IMG/VR virus record: IMGVR_UViG_3300008259_000011
Span: 70,144-134,143 of that record
From: a virus
Direction: 5' to 3' (one strand)
Length of the DNA: 64,000 nt
Position 1 is the first letter of the stretch. Each line of letters starts with the position of its first letter. Of this stretch, positions 10,679 through 19,195 are shown piece by piece. Under the pieces are notes generated by a model. The model was not told where the DNA came from and did not search any database. It saw nothing but the letters and a program-made list of their open reading frames with translations. The position numbers were made by a program, and so were the translations under genes.

Positions 10679-10858
10679 TTACCAGATACGATGCTTCTTA
10701 TCATCCTTTTCAACCACCTCGACAACTGAGCCATCAGGCCAGCGTTTGACGATTGACTTCCAGTGCATCAGTTCCTCGGACGCATCTGCGGGGGTATCAT
10801 ACTCCGTATCAGACACTCGGAGACCACTACGTACAACTACATACTTCTTCTTTTCCAT
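10679..10858 (-). CDS. hypothetical protein (59 aa; not in ORF track)
   Basis: MEKKKYVVVRSGLRVSDTEY...KKHRIW, tightly coupled to the next gene. Confidence 0.65.
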   Translation of the reverse strand: MEKKKYVVVRSGLRVSDTEYDTPADASEELMHWKSIVKRWPDGSVVEVVEKDDKKHRIW

Positions 10859-10942
10859 ATGTGTAACTTCTTTATTTGTTAATGTTTGTACTACGACTTA
10901 CACCATCATCATATCTCAGAATTTAAAAATGTCAACATCTTT

Positions 10943-11257
10943 TTACCAAACTCGATGATTTTCTCTGATGACTTCGTATCCATCACGTTCCGATAGATGC
11001 CAATGTCTAACAACTCTTCCCATTTCATCTATTGTTTCAAGATCGTCAGGTACTGTTAACACTCTCAAATCCGCTCCTTCACCATTGACACGTTCCTGAA
11101 GGAATTCGACCGCATGAATTAATTCTGGCAATGTCCGGTCTTCATAACAATAATATGAATGTGGTTCATCAACATTTAGCAATTCACATGCTATGGTAGA
11201 CAGTTTATATCCACAATTTATTCCTCTTGAACGATTTACGACAATCTTCATATACAT
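10943..11257 (-). CDS. hypothetical phage protein
   Basis: ORF; MKIVVNR..G start, W....DGYE tail. Confidence 0.65.
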   Translation of the reverse strand: MYMKIVVNRSRGINCGYKLSTIACELLNVDEPHSYYCYEDRTLPELIHAVEFLQERVNGEGADLRVLTVPDDLETIDEMGRVVRHWHLSERDGYEVIRENHRVW

Positions 11258-11276
11258 AAATATATAATTATTTCAA

Positions 11277-11681
11277 TTATGTTTGAAATTTATAAGAACC
11301 ACCATCAGGATGAATGACCACACTTTCATAATAAAAGGATTGCATAATATCATCCGTCGCATTATAGATAGTTACTCCGCCAATCGGCCAACTCATTTCA
11401 TCTGGTGTATGTGTCTTATAAAGATAAAGTTTGTAATAATCTGGATATTTGGCAACTAAAACTCTCGTACCTTTCAACGTAAATCGGTCAACCTTACTAT
11501 CATCTTTTACATCCAAAAATATCCAATGTTCTGTACTTGAAGTCTTTGTGACCGTCCGTTGTACCGATTTGAAATATTTACTATTTCCTACATCATATAC
11601 AGGTTCATTTGCCTTTTGTTTTGGTTTTCTAGTAACCTTCTTAGGTTTATCTTTGTTTTTAGTTTTTACTGGTTTCTTCAT
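11277..11681 (-). CDS. hypothetical protein
   Basis: 134 aa ORF. Confidence 0.65.
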   Translation of the reverse strand: MKKPVKTKNKDKPKKVTRKPKQKANEPVYDVGNSKYFKSVQRTVTKTSSTEHWIFLDVKDDSKVDRFTLKGTRVLVAKYPDYYKLYLYKTHTPDEMSWPIGGVTIYNATDDIMQSFYYESVVIHPDGGSYKFQT

Positions 11682-11857
11682 TTTTAGTGCTTAGTAAAAA
11701 ATTGATAATTAGTAATAATTCGATCTTAACAATTGCGTTGAATACAATTTTAATAGTTCAATTTCGAATAACAGTTTGAATATAAGTACCTCCGTAAAAC
11801 AAAAAAACCAAAAACTTTCGTTTGTGGTTTGAATTTTCTATTTTGATAAATTAATTA

Positions 11858-12058
11858 CTATTCTGTCTCTACATCAGCCGCCAATGGAAGTCCTCCAGCA
11901 TCTTCCACAACCGCTTTGATTTCATTTTCCAACTCCTTGATGCGTTCCTTATATCCAGCTGCTACATCCTTAAAATCCTTCTTGGTATGTAGTAGTTTTT
12001 CAGTAAGTTCGTATACTTTCTTCTGTGCTTCTTGCTTTGATAATTTGATGTTACTCAT
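11858..12058 (-). CDS. small coiled-coil hypothetical protein
   Basis: ORF, likely start MSNIKLSK. Confidence 0.6.
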   Translation of the reverse strand: MSNIKLSKQEAQKKVYELTEKLLHTKKDFKDVAAGYKERIKELENEIKAVVEDAGGLPLAADVETE

Positions 12059-12071
12059 AACAAACATACAT

Positions 12072-12305
12072 ATGTATTGTGGTATGGAAGAGGTAAATTT
12101 TCACGATATAAATATTCACAACCATCGTATCACAATCTGGGCAGATCGATTCGTTGTACTACGTCACCCAGAAAAATGTGATCTATACGAAGATGAAACT
12201 TGTCGTGAGAAAATGATCAAGTACCTAACCGACGAAGGTTACATTGATCCCGAAAAACATAACTGTATCGTAATTGATAGTTACATCGACTTTGAACCGG
12301 AATAA
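12072..12305 (+). CDS. hypothetical protein
   Basis: 3' part of track ORF 11916..12305, divergent from previous gene; start uncertain. Confidence 0.55.
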   Translation: MYCGMEEVNFHDINIHNHRITIWADRFVVLRHPEKCDLYEDETCREKMIKYLTDEGYIDPEKHNCIVIDSYIDFEPE

Positions 12306-12308
12306 AAA

Positions 12309-12708
12309 TGGTGGACGTGGGCGGAGTCGAACCGCCGTCTTCAAAAATCGTTATACATCAGACTACACGCTTAGATACTTTTCGTTACGTCAACACACAT
12401 CTAAAATATCAAACTGTGTATGATCGGTGTTTGGAAAGATTTAAATGACAATCCCAAACGTATTGTCATCGTGCCTGATAGTTTACACTCATCACAATTA
12501 TCAGACATCATTGCAATGAATGTGCAGCAACTTAGGCTGCGAGTGCCAAACCACTCTTCTTAGAGGTCTTCTTAGAAGTGAAGTTGTAGCTGATTACCTT
12601 GCTCTTCTTATTAGCAGTTAATTTTTTGATAGATGATTTAAGAGGCCAACTATCGTCCTCTACGTGCCTAACGTACACTAACTCCTGAATCGAAACCAGT
12701 ACACGCCC
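12309..12708 (-). ncRNA. ssrA: tmRNA; tag ANKKSKVISYNFTSKKTSKKSGLALAA (12615-12532)
   Basis: 5' GGGCGTGTACTGGTTTCGA, 3' T-arm GGTTCGACTCC..CACGTCCACCA with G3:U70, TAACT-GCT resume context, tag ending LALAA-stop. Confidence 0.95.
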
Positions 12709-12731
12709 ATGAAAAAGAACACAAATAAATA

Positions 12732-13361
12732 TCAGATAAATTCTCTCTGATATCCAAATTCATTAAATACATCTTTGTATAGATCCCACACAAAATCAAG
12801 TTCTTTTTGAGTATAATAACTTTTATAATCTGTCATTTGTGAATTCTTCGGATCCCGTCGCAATTCAAACGTTTGAGAATTGCCTTCAAACTGATAATTA
12901 TTAGTAGTCAATCCATTTACCAAAGTGTTTGTGTGCGGATCTGTAAAATCTAAAAATGGCAATTTGTGCAAATCTTCAATCATATGTTCAACACGTATGT
13001 AAAAATCAGGTTTACTACTGTGTCTAATGATAAAATGTTCTTCAGACCTATCGTTACACTCTTCATTAAGATATTCTGAAAATGGTTTTTTTGCAACATA
13101 ATTTCCAGTTTCTGGATCCTCTCCAAAATGACGTAAATGCCATGTTGATACTATTTTTGCATAAGGATTTCTTATATTGCATACTAACGTATAATTATCA
13201 CACCCCGGTGGGATATCTGTTTCGTGTGTATATGACTCAGTAACCGGTATATTTAATCTATAATTATAGAATTTATAGTATGCAAGAATTTCAGATACAG
13301 ATCGACTAGCAGTTCGGGTTGGTAACCACCATACTACTTTTAAGTCGTGATTGACATTCAT
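12732..13361 (-). CDS. sulfotransferase family 2-like protein
   Basis: PTRTASRS PAPS-loop variant, IRNPYAK.VS, Y..DF..FGY C-terminus. Confidence 0.7.
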   Translation of the reverse strand: MNVNHDLKVVWWLPTRTASRSVSEILAYYKFYNYRLNIPVTESYTHETDIPPGCDNYTLVCNIRNPYAKIVSTWHLRHFGEDPETGNYVAKKPFSEYLNEECNDRSEEHFIIRHSSKPDFYIRVEHMIEDLHKLPFLDFTDPHTNTLVNGLTTNNYQFEGNSQTFELRRDPKNSQMTDYKSYYTQKELDFVWDLYKDVFNEFGYQREFI

Positions 13362-13369
13362 TATAATTT

Positions 13370-13443
13370 TGGAGCGGGTAGCCGGAATCGAACCGGCACA
13401 TCGACCTTGGCAAGGTTGCAGGCTACCACTACATCATACCCGC
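13370..13443 (-). tRNA. trnG: tRNA-Gly(GCC)
   Basis: cloverleaf, loop ttGCCaa, encoded CCA. Confidence 0.9.
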
Positions 13444-13455
13444 GCTCTTTAAATT

Positions 13456-13530
13456 TGGTGGACCGTAAGGGAATCGAACCCTTCCCTAAAGCTTGCAAAG
13501 CTCCTGTGCTACCACTATCACTAACAGCCC
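13456..13530 (-). tRNA. trnA: tRNA-Ala(TGC)
   Basis: loop ttTGCaa, G3:U70, CCA. Confidence 0.9.
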
Positions 13531-13579
13531 ATTAATGTCACATAAATAGTATTGATAAGTCTAAACCACAAAATTATAA

Positions 13580-14560
13580 TTAGGATTCTTTCCAACAAAA
13601 TAACAATCCATAATTAGAAAAATTAGTATTACCATCAATTTTAAACCCACATCTATCAATTTTTTTAACCATTTTATCATACATGATTTTATATTCATTA
13701 ATATTCATGAAATGATATTCAATTACCATTCTATCGACATTATATTTTAAATATGACTCTTCAATTCGGTCTATAATAGAATATTCGGATCCTTCACAAT
13801 CTAATTTTAGAAAATCGATTTTAGAAATATTATTGTCGAATATATATTGCATCACATCAATCGTTTGAACACTGGTCAACTCAAATATGTCATTATCTCT
13901 AATATAATTAGAGTCTTGTTTTTTTATAGTATTGTCAAACGTTTCAAGACATGACGATATACCATCCGATCTAATATAAAAGTTTTCAACGTGTGTTTTA
14001 TTACTCAATGCAATCGTATCAACTTTTACGTTTGTGAATTTATGACTGGCAATTGTATTTGATAATTTATAATTCGGTTCTATACTATAAACAAATTTAG
14101 CACCATCATACAAAGATTTATATGTAAAAAATCCAATATTTGATCCAACATCGACCACAACATCATTAGTTTTTACAAAACATTTAGGGTGATTATAAAC
14201 ACGATTACAAAAAATTTCATATAGTGGTATTGCAAGCAAATGAGTCGTCGTACATTTTAATCCAATATCTTTAAAATATCCACGTGAGTCGATGTTACTC
14301 AGATTGATACATCCATCAAAGTTTTCAACTTTAAATAAAAGTTCATTTTCATATTCGTCATACACTTCATATATTTTATGAACGACGTTTTGCGGAGTAC
14401 GAACCCATAACAACTCATTGGGATATACATCAACTAATATATTAAAAAAAATTAACTTGGTATAACCATCCAACACTTTTACTTTAACTTTATTTGGTCT
14501 ACCATCGTAAGTAAAATTTATTTTACAGCCGTTATCAGAAAAACTATGAAATGTAATCAT
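13580..14560 (-). CDS. FkbM family SAM methyltransferase
   Basis: VVDVGSNIGFF, SIEPN, IDFLKLDCEGSE, IEYH. Confidence 0.9.
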   Translation of the reverse strand: MITFHSFSDNGCKINFTYDGRPNKVKVKVLDGYTKLIFFNILVDVYPNELLWVRTPQNVVHKIYEVYDEYENELLFKVENFDGCINLSNIDSRGYFKDIGLKCTTTHLLAIPLYEIFCNRVYNHPKCFVKTNDVVVDVGSNIGFFTYKSLYDGAKFVYSIEPNYKLSNTIASHKFTNVKVDTIALSNKTHVENFYIRSDGISSCLETFDNTIKKQDSNYIRDNDIFELTSVQTIDVMQYIFDNNISKIDFLKLDCEGSEYSIIDRIEESYLKYNVDRMVIEYHFMNINEYKIMYDKMVKKIDRCGFKIDGNTNFSNYGLLFCWKES

Positions 14561-14636
14561 AACAATTTATATATTATGAGTCAAACCCTTATCTTTTATT
14601 ATTATTTATAAATAATTGCGTTATATACGATCAACT

Positions 14637-15371
14637 TTATGTAAATAACATCCATTGATTATCATATACTAAAACATTATCAATCACAATAGATCCAAAT
14701 AACTTATTTTCAATTTTATTACGCATTTTAATATTCAACTCAAACTGTTTTGCTGCCCGAATCACATCATGTCGTACATCGTCCCAATACCAGTCATCGC
14801 CAAACAATACCATATTAGGACGCATCAATTGTTCATAACAATCTATTATTTCATTATAAGTTTCATTCTTATAGTGTGCACTATCCAGAAAAATTATAGA
14901 TGGTAAACTAGATATACGATTATGATAACGCATTCTAGCTAACAATTTTATTCCAGTAAGAGATGTACAATTAATCGGTACAATTTTATTTCGATACTCG
15001 TAAGTATTTGCTAAAAACCGTTTGTAAATCGTAGGAATACCATTTTCAAACTGTAAAAACTTATATCCTTCACTCTTAGATTCCAAATCCCACATATTTG
15101 TGTCACCTGTAAATGGATCTATGCATACCACCGAAGAACTGTGTAATCCACATCTATTCAATGATTCAATAATCCGTATACAACTACCACCTACCATTGA
15201 TCCTATTTCTAGAACTGACTCTGGTAAATATTCAGTAAACAAACTATCTAATAAAGCAGGCGTTACATTCGTGTGTGGGTATGAGTTGTCTATATATTTT
15301 ATCACATCACAGTTTGTATACGGTGTGATATTATTATAAATCGTATGATTTAATTCTTTATATATTGACAT
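14637..15371 (-). CDS. class I SAM methyltransferase (Methyltransf_24-like)
   Basis: VLEIGSMVGGS, CIDPF, IFLDSAH, GDDW. Confidence 0.85.
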   Translation of the reverse strand: MSIYKELNHTIYNNITPYTNCDVIKYIDNSYPHTNVTPALLDSLFTEYLPESVLEIGSMVGGSCIRIIESLNRCGLHSSSVVCIDPFTGDTNMWDLESKSEGYKFLQFENGIPTIYKRFLANTYEYRNKIVPINCTSLTGIKLLARMRYHNRISSLPSIIFLDSAHYKNETYNEIIDCYEQLMRPNMVLFGDDWYWDDVRHDVIRAAKQFELNIKMRNKIENKLFGSIVIDNVLVYDNQWMLFT

Positions 15372-15693
15372 ACATTTTAAATATACTCAAATCAACTTCG
15401 TTAAACTTGATGTTGATTTTGTCACAACCCCAGTTGGTTGTCATGCATCTTTTTTAGCTTGATCAACAATTTTTTGTAATAAAATTGCGTGTTCCGATAA
15501 TAAACCTTTCAGTGTTTATATATAGTGTACGTCAAACTAAAAATTAAATTGGATGACCACGACTTGCGAATATACGAGGATTTCACGAAAACGTTCTTGA
15601 TTATCTGTTAACAGCTACATCAATATCTATCTCGTCAACTTCAGTCTTCTCCACCTCAACTGGTGGTGTTTTATAATTCTATATCACTAATGG

Positions 15694-15903
15694 TCAAATC
15701 TTTTCAACAATAATATTGTCTGTCACCGGTTTGCCAAGACATACTCTTGTGTTACAAACCATACAAATCAAATTATTCGTCATAACAGTTATTAAAGAAC
15801 CCTTGATAATACCAAGTTCCTGCAATCTTTGACTAACAACGTTAACCTCGACTATTCGTCCTTTTTCACCAGCTTTTAATTCGGTTAACTTATATCTCTT
15901 CAT
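15694..15903 (-). CDS. feoA: FeoA domain protein
   Basis: LTELKAGEKGRI, RLQELGI..GS.I SH3-like FeoA signature. Confidence 0.8.
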   Translation of the reverse strand: MKRYKLTELKAGEKGRIVEVNVVSQRLQELGIIKGSLITVMTNNLICMVCNTRVCLGKPVTDNIIVEKI

Positions 15904-15908
15904 TAAAA

Positions 15909-15982
15909 TGGTTGCCCGAACTGGATTTGAACCAATACAAAGAGAGTCAAAGTCTCTTGTGCTACCATTACACTATCGGGCA
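15909..15982 (-). tRNA. trnQ: tRNA-Gln(TTG)
   Basis: loop ctTTGac, U1-A72, CCA. Confidence 0.92.
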
Positions 15983-15994
15983 ATTAAAATCTAC

Positions 15995-16120
15995 TTACTT
16001 CTTACGTCGATGTCCTCTAACAGTACTCGACTTCACTCTAACATAAGATGTTCCACCTTTACGACGAATCTTTCGAACCGTCGATTTTCTATGATGTGTT
16101 CTTCTCCATGTTGTTGCCAT
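15995..16120 (-). CDS. 41 aa highly basic microprotein
   Basis: MATTWRRTHHRKSTVRKIRRKGGTSYVRVKSSTVRGHRRKK with TAAGGA RBS. Confidence 0.7.
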   Translation of the reverse strand: MATTWRRTHHRKSTVRKIRRKGGTSYVRVKSSTVRGHRRKK

Positions 16121-16128
16121 ATATTTCC

Positions 16129-16257
16129 TTACTTAGTACGACGTTTAGCGTGAACCGTCTTCGAATGTTTGACTCGGACTGTCTTAGTTCCAGTCTTCGT
16201 CTTGATCGTCCTATTATGTCCCTTTCGGGAGTGCGCCTTAACTGATTTAGTTCCCAT
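16129..16257 (-). CDS. 42 aa highly basic microprotein
   Basis: MGTKSVKAHSRKGHNRTIKTKTGTKTVRVKHSKTVHAKRRTK with AAAGGA RBS. Confidence 0.7.
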   Translation of the reverse strand: MGTKSVKAHSRKGHNRTIKTKTGTKTVRVKHSKTVHAKRRTK

Positions 16258-16276
16258 ATATTTTCCTTTCTTAAAT

Positions 16277-16350
16277 TGGAGCGGGTAGTGAGAATCGAAC
16301 TCACGCATAGGCTTTGGAAGAGCTTCAGGCTACCATTACATCATACCCGC
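16277..16350 (-). tRNA. trnG: tRNA-Gly(TCC)
   Basis: loop ctTCCaa, U73, CCA. Confidence 0.9.
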
Positions 16351-16355
16351 AAAAT

Positions 16356-16445
16356 TGGCGGTTGGGGAAGGATTTGAACCTTCGGGGGCTTTAAGACCCC
16401 GGAGCTTTAGCAAAGCTCTGCATTAGACCACTCTGCCACCCAACC
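16356..16445 (-). tRNA. trnS: tRNA-Ser(GCT)
   Basis: loop ttGCTaa, long V-arm, G73, CCA. Confidence 0.92.
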
Positions 16446-16450
16446 ATAAA

Positions 16451-16984
16451 TCATGTTTTATTTTGAACATTATATCCATTATGTTCAAGAACATCTTTAC
16501 ACAATTTAATAAAATCGTCAAGCAATAAATCTCCTTTTGCCATATTAGCATCTTTACACGCTAAACCCAAATTGTCAATATCACATCCACCACCTTTAGA
16601 TACTGGTATTATGTGATCACAATTGTAAGTTTTTGGCTCTAAAAGATCTATTTTTCTGCCTGTCAAATAACATACCGGATTGTTTGTTATTTTTGTTTCA
16701 AATTCTTTAATTGAAAAGTCTAAACTTTTTCGTTTTCCTTTTCCTATTCGTCTACCATTTACAAAACTAAAGTTATCTTTTTTCCGTCTCAATATACCTT
16801 TTAAGGTTTTTCTATTTGATTTGTTTCTTGTTTTTGTTTTTTCTTTTTGACCAACACCACAATGGTATGAAATAGTTCCTTTTGAACACTTCAACAACTT
16901 TTGTATCTCTTTGTACGATTTGCCTTGTTTTCTCAATTCTAATATTAATGGTTTCACATTAATATATAGTTTGGGTTCGAACAA
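16451..16984 (-). CDS. HNH endonuclease with N-terminal HTH (homing-endonuclease-like)
   Basis: CYLTG, DHIIPVSKGG..IDNL..AC..AN..K; lies between two tRNA-Ser genes; start uncertain. Confidence 0.85.
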   Translation of the reverse strand: MFEPKLYINVKPLILELRKQGKSYKEIQKLLKCSKGTISYHCGVGQKEKTKTRNKSNRKTLKGILRRKKDNFSFVNGRRIGKGKRKSLDFSIKEFETKITNNPVCYLTGRKIDLLEPKTYNCDHIIPVSKGGGCDIDNLGLACKDANMAKGDLLLDDFIKLCKDVLEHNGYNVQNKT

Positions 16985-17027
16985 AAATTAATAATAATTA
17001 TTCGAACTCGTTTTTATTTTCAAAGAA

Positions 17028-17115
17028 TGGCGGTGAAGGAGGGATTTGAACCCCCGGTGGTTTTACCCACTGCAGTTTTCAAGACTGCTGCAATAAACCG
17101 CTCTGCCACCTCACC
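17028..17115 (-). tRNA. trnS: tRNA-Ser(TGA)
   Basis: loop ctTGAaa, long V-arm, CCA. Confidence 0.93.
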
Positions 17116-17124
17116 GTTTAAAAT

Positions 17125-17216
17125 TGTCTACCGTTCGAAGCCGCCTTCATAGAATTACCTATGAGTCTAAGCGGAGTATATCTCCTCGTCCACCGTGTGG
17201 TTACGTTCAAACTAGC
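17125..17216 (-). ncRNA. unclassified multibranch structured RNA candidate
   Basis: closing stem GTTTGAA/TTCGAAC enclosing three hairpins; sits in a tRNA-sized slot. Confidence 0.35.
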
Positions 17217-17220
17217 AAAT

Positions 17221-17304
17221 TGGTGGGCGTAGTAGGATTTGAACCTACACGGATCGCTCCATGAGTTCCTAAGACTCACGTGTCTTCCATTTCACCATAC
17301 GCCC
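17221..17304 (-). tRNA. trnL: tRNA-Leu(TAG)
   Basis: loop ctTAGga, V-arm, CCA. Confidence 0.92.
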
Positions 17305-17310
17305 GTAAAT

Positions 17311-17387
17311 TGGTCGGAGTGACAGGATTTGAACCTGCAACAACTTGCTCCCAAAGCAAGTGCTCTACCAAGTTGAGCTACACTCCG
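17311..17387 (-). tRNA. trnP: tRNA-Pro(TGG)
   Basis: loop ttTGGga, C1-G72, CCA. Confidence 0.93.
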
Positions 17388-17397
17388 ATAAAAATTT

Positions 17398-17562
17398 TCA
17401 ATGAACACCAAGAAGATCCAAATACTTTGTCTCCGGTTGTGGTAGAATTTCATCTGCCACAGTCATAATTGCCTTATAGTAAGCATATGACGGATACTGT
17501 TCCGTAATCTTCATGTTCTTAAGATACTCGAAAAGAACTTTATTGTCAACATCAATTTCCAT
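17398..17562 (-). CDS. small hypothetical protein (54 aa)
   Basis: MEIDVDNKVLFEYLKN...LLGVH fills gap between tRNAs. Confidence 0.5.
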   Translation of the reverse strand: MEIDVDNKVLFEYLKNMKITEQYPSYAYYKAIMTVADEILPQPETKYLDLLGVH

Positions 17563-17582
17563 ATTTTTCTTTCTTTAAAAAT

Positions 17583-17657
17583 TGGTACACGGTGAGGGAT
17601 TTGAACCCCCGACAGCCACGGTGTAAACGTGGTGCTCTGCCGCTGAGCTAACCGTGC
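17583..17657 (-). tRNA. trnV: tRNA-Val(TAC)
   Basis: loop ttTACac, CCA. Confidence 0.92.
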
Positions 17658-17674
17658 ATCTCAATCGTTCATAC

Positions 17675-17702
17675 ATACTAACACCGAATCTGAAAATGTC
17701 AA
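17675..17702 (-). promoter_or_regulatory. sigma70-type promoter upstream of tRNA array 1
   Basis: TTGACA-16nt-TAGTAT. Confidence 0.65.
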
Positions 17703-17716
17703 TGATCTTTTCAAAC

Positions 17717-17781
17717 AAAAAACCGTTGATCTTTTGGACCAACGGTTTCAAATCTGAGCAATTGTTTTTTAACCGTTAGTC
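17717..17781 (-). terminator. attenuator 1: intrinsic terminator (17717-17748) with competing antiterminator strand (17771-17781)
   Basis: AAACCGTTGGTC-CAAAA-GATCAACGGTTTTTT; upstream GACTAACGGTT can pair with the terminator 5' arm. Confidence 0.8.
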
Positions 17782-17785
17782 TAGT

Positions 17786-17857
17786 TTAGCTTGCGCTAGG
17801 GAGTAGCGATGGACTTGGTTGTCCACTGGCTACACTTGACTGTACGGATAAATTCAT
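17786..17857 (-). CDS. leader peptide 1 MNLSVQSSVASGQPSPSLLPSAS (putative attenuation sensor)
   Basis: 23 codons; from codon 4 only Ser/Val/Gln/Ala/Gly/Pro/Leu(CUN), the amino acids of array 1 tRNAs. Confidence 0.8.
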   Translation of the reverse strand: MNLSVQSSVASGQPSPSLLPSAS

Positions 17858-17881
17858 TATGACAATACATATAGTTAAATT

Positions 17882-18814
17882 TCACAAATGTACATTATTT
17901 TTGAACCAAAAGTAAGTTTTTTCCAAACCGTCCATCAAATTTGTACGAGGTTTCCATCCCATCGATAAGATTTTAGAACTGTCCATGATCTTACGTGGCG
18001 TACCATCAGGTTTGGCAGTATCCCATACAACTTCACCTTCATACCCCACAACTTTACATACAGCTTCAGTTGCCTCTTTAATGGTAATATCAGATCCATA
18101 TCCCACGTTGATATGTTGATCAGCGCTGTAATTTTCCATCAAAAACACACACGCTTCCGCTAAATCATCAACATACAAAAACTCTCTCATAGGAGTTCCA
18201 CTTCCCCAACAAACAACTTGAGAATCATTCTTGATTTTTGCCAAATGGAATTTACGAATCAATGCGGGTAACACATGAGAGTTAATTGGATCGAAGTTGT
18301 CCTTGATACCATACAGATTGCATGGCATAGCACTGATAAAATCACACCCATATTGTTGACGATACGCTTGACATGTACGTATACCGGCAATCTTTGCAAG
18401 AGCATACCACTGATTGGTTGGTTCTAATTCACCGGTTAACAGATACTCTTCCTTAATTGGTTGCTGTGCAAACTTCGGATAAATACAACTGCTACCCAAA
18501 AACAACAATTTGTTTACGTTATATACGTATGACGCATTAATGATGTTATTTTGTATCTGTAAATTATTGTATATAAAATCAGCTGGGTATGTACTGTTGG
18601 CAATAATACCGCCAACTTTTGCTGCTGCCATTATCACATACTCTGGCTTTGTAGTTTCAAAAAATTTATTTACAGATTGTTGATTGGTAAGATCCAATCC
18701 ATTATGACCCACACCTATTAAATTCGTATAACCATTATTCAATAGTGTTCGCCAAATAGCAGATCCAACCATTCCGTTATGTCCGGCTACATAAATCTTC
18801 GAACCTTTATTCAT
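17882..18814 (-). CDS. fcl: GDP-L-fucose synthase
   Basis: AGHNGMVGSA, AAKVGGI, FLGSSCIYP, YALAK, SHVLPALIRK, WGSGTPMREF; likely start MNKGSK. Confidence 0.97.
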   Translation of the reverse strand: MNKGSKIYVAGHNGMVGSAIWRTLLNNGYTNLIGVGHNGLDLTNQQSVNKFFETTKPEYVIMAAAKVGGIIANSTYPADFIYNNLQIQNNIINASYVYNVNKLLFLGSSCIYPKFAQQPIKEEYLLTGELEPTNQWYALAKIAGIRTCQAYRQQYGCDFISAMPCNLYGIKDNFDPINSHVLPALIRKFHLAKIKNDSQVVCWGSGTPMREFLYVDDLAEACVFLMENYSADQHINVGYGSDITIKEATEAVCKVVGYEGEVVWDTAKPDGTPRKIMDSSKILSMGWKPRTNLMDGLEKTYFWFKNNVHL

Positions 18815-18884
18815 AGTCTTAATGGTACATATCAAATAACATATTATTAAAATGAAAAAACCACCCAAAGGTGGTTTTCTTTTT

Positions 18885-19118
18885 TCATCCATTCAAACGT
18901 GGCTTGTCACAACAATTGCTAAGTTTTAGAATTTCATCAAGTGACTCTTTAACCCGAATAGGTTCATGACGATTCTTGATAAAAATCAAACTGTGAACCT
19001 TGGACGGTTCAATGTTAATAACCATATCCAAGTTAATCAAATTTGGATTATACTCACGTTGCTTAGCGTTACCGTCATGACTAGGATCAAGTACGTTGAG
19101 TTTAATAAAGTGTGCCAT
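18885..19118 (-). CDS. FlbD-like small protein
   Basis: FIKL...IN.D.V..IE....VKESLDEI pattern. Confidence 0.55.
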   Translation of the reverse strand: MAHFIKLNVLDPSHDGNAKQREYNPNLINLDMVINIEPSKVHSLIFIKNRHEPIRVKESLDEILKLSNCCDKPRLNG

Positions 19119-19195
19119 AAATTGTGTCTATAAATAGTTAACCGGCAATGACATTACATCATTGCCGGTTGTTTGTCAACTATTATCGTCTAGAA

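Noticed and set aside
16089-16304. 71 aa ORF from the track
   Set aside because: Starts inside tRNA-Gly; a different reading gives SD-led basic microproteins instead.
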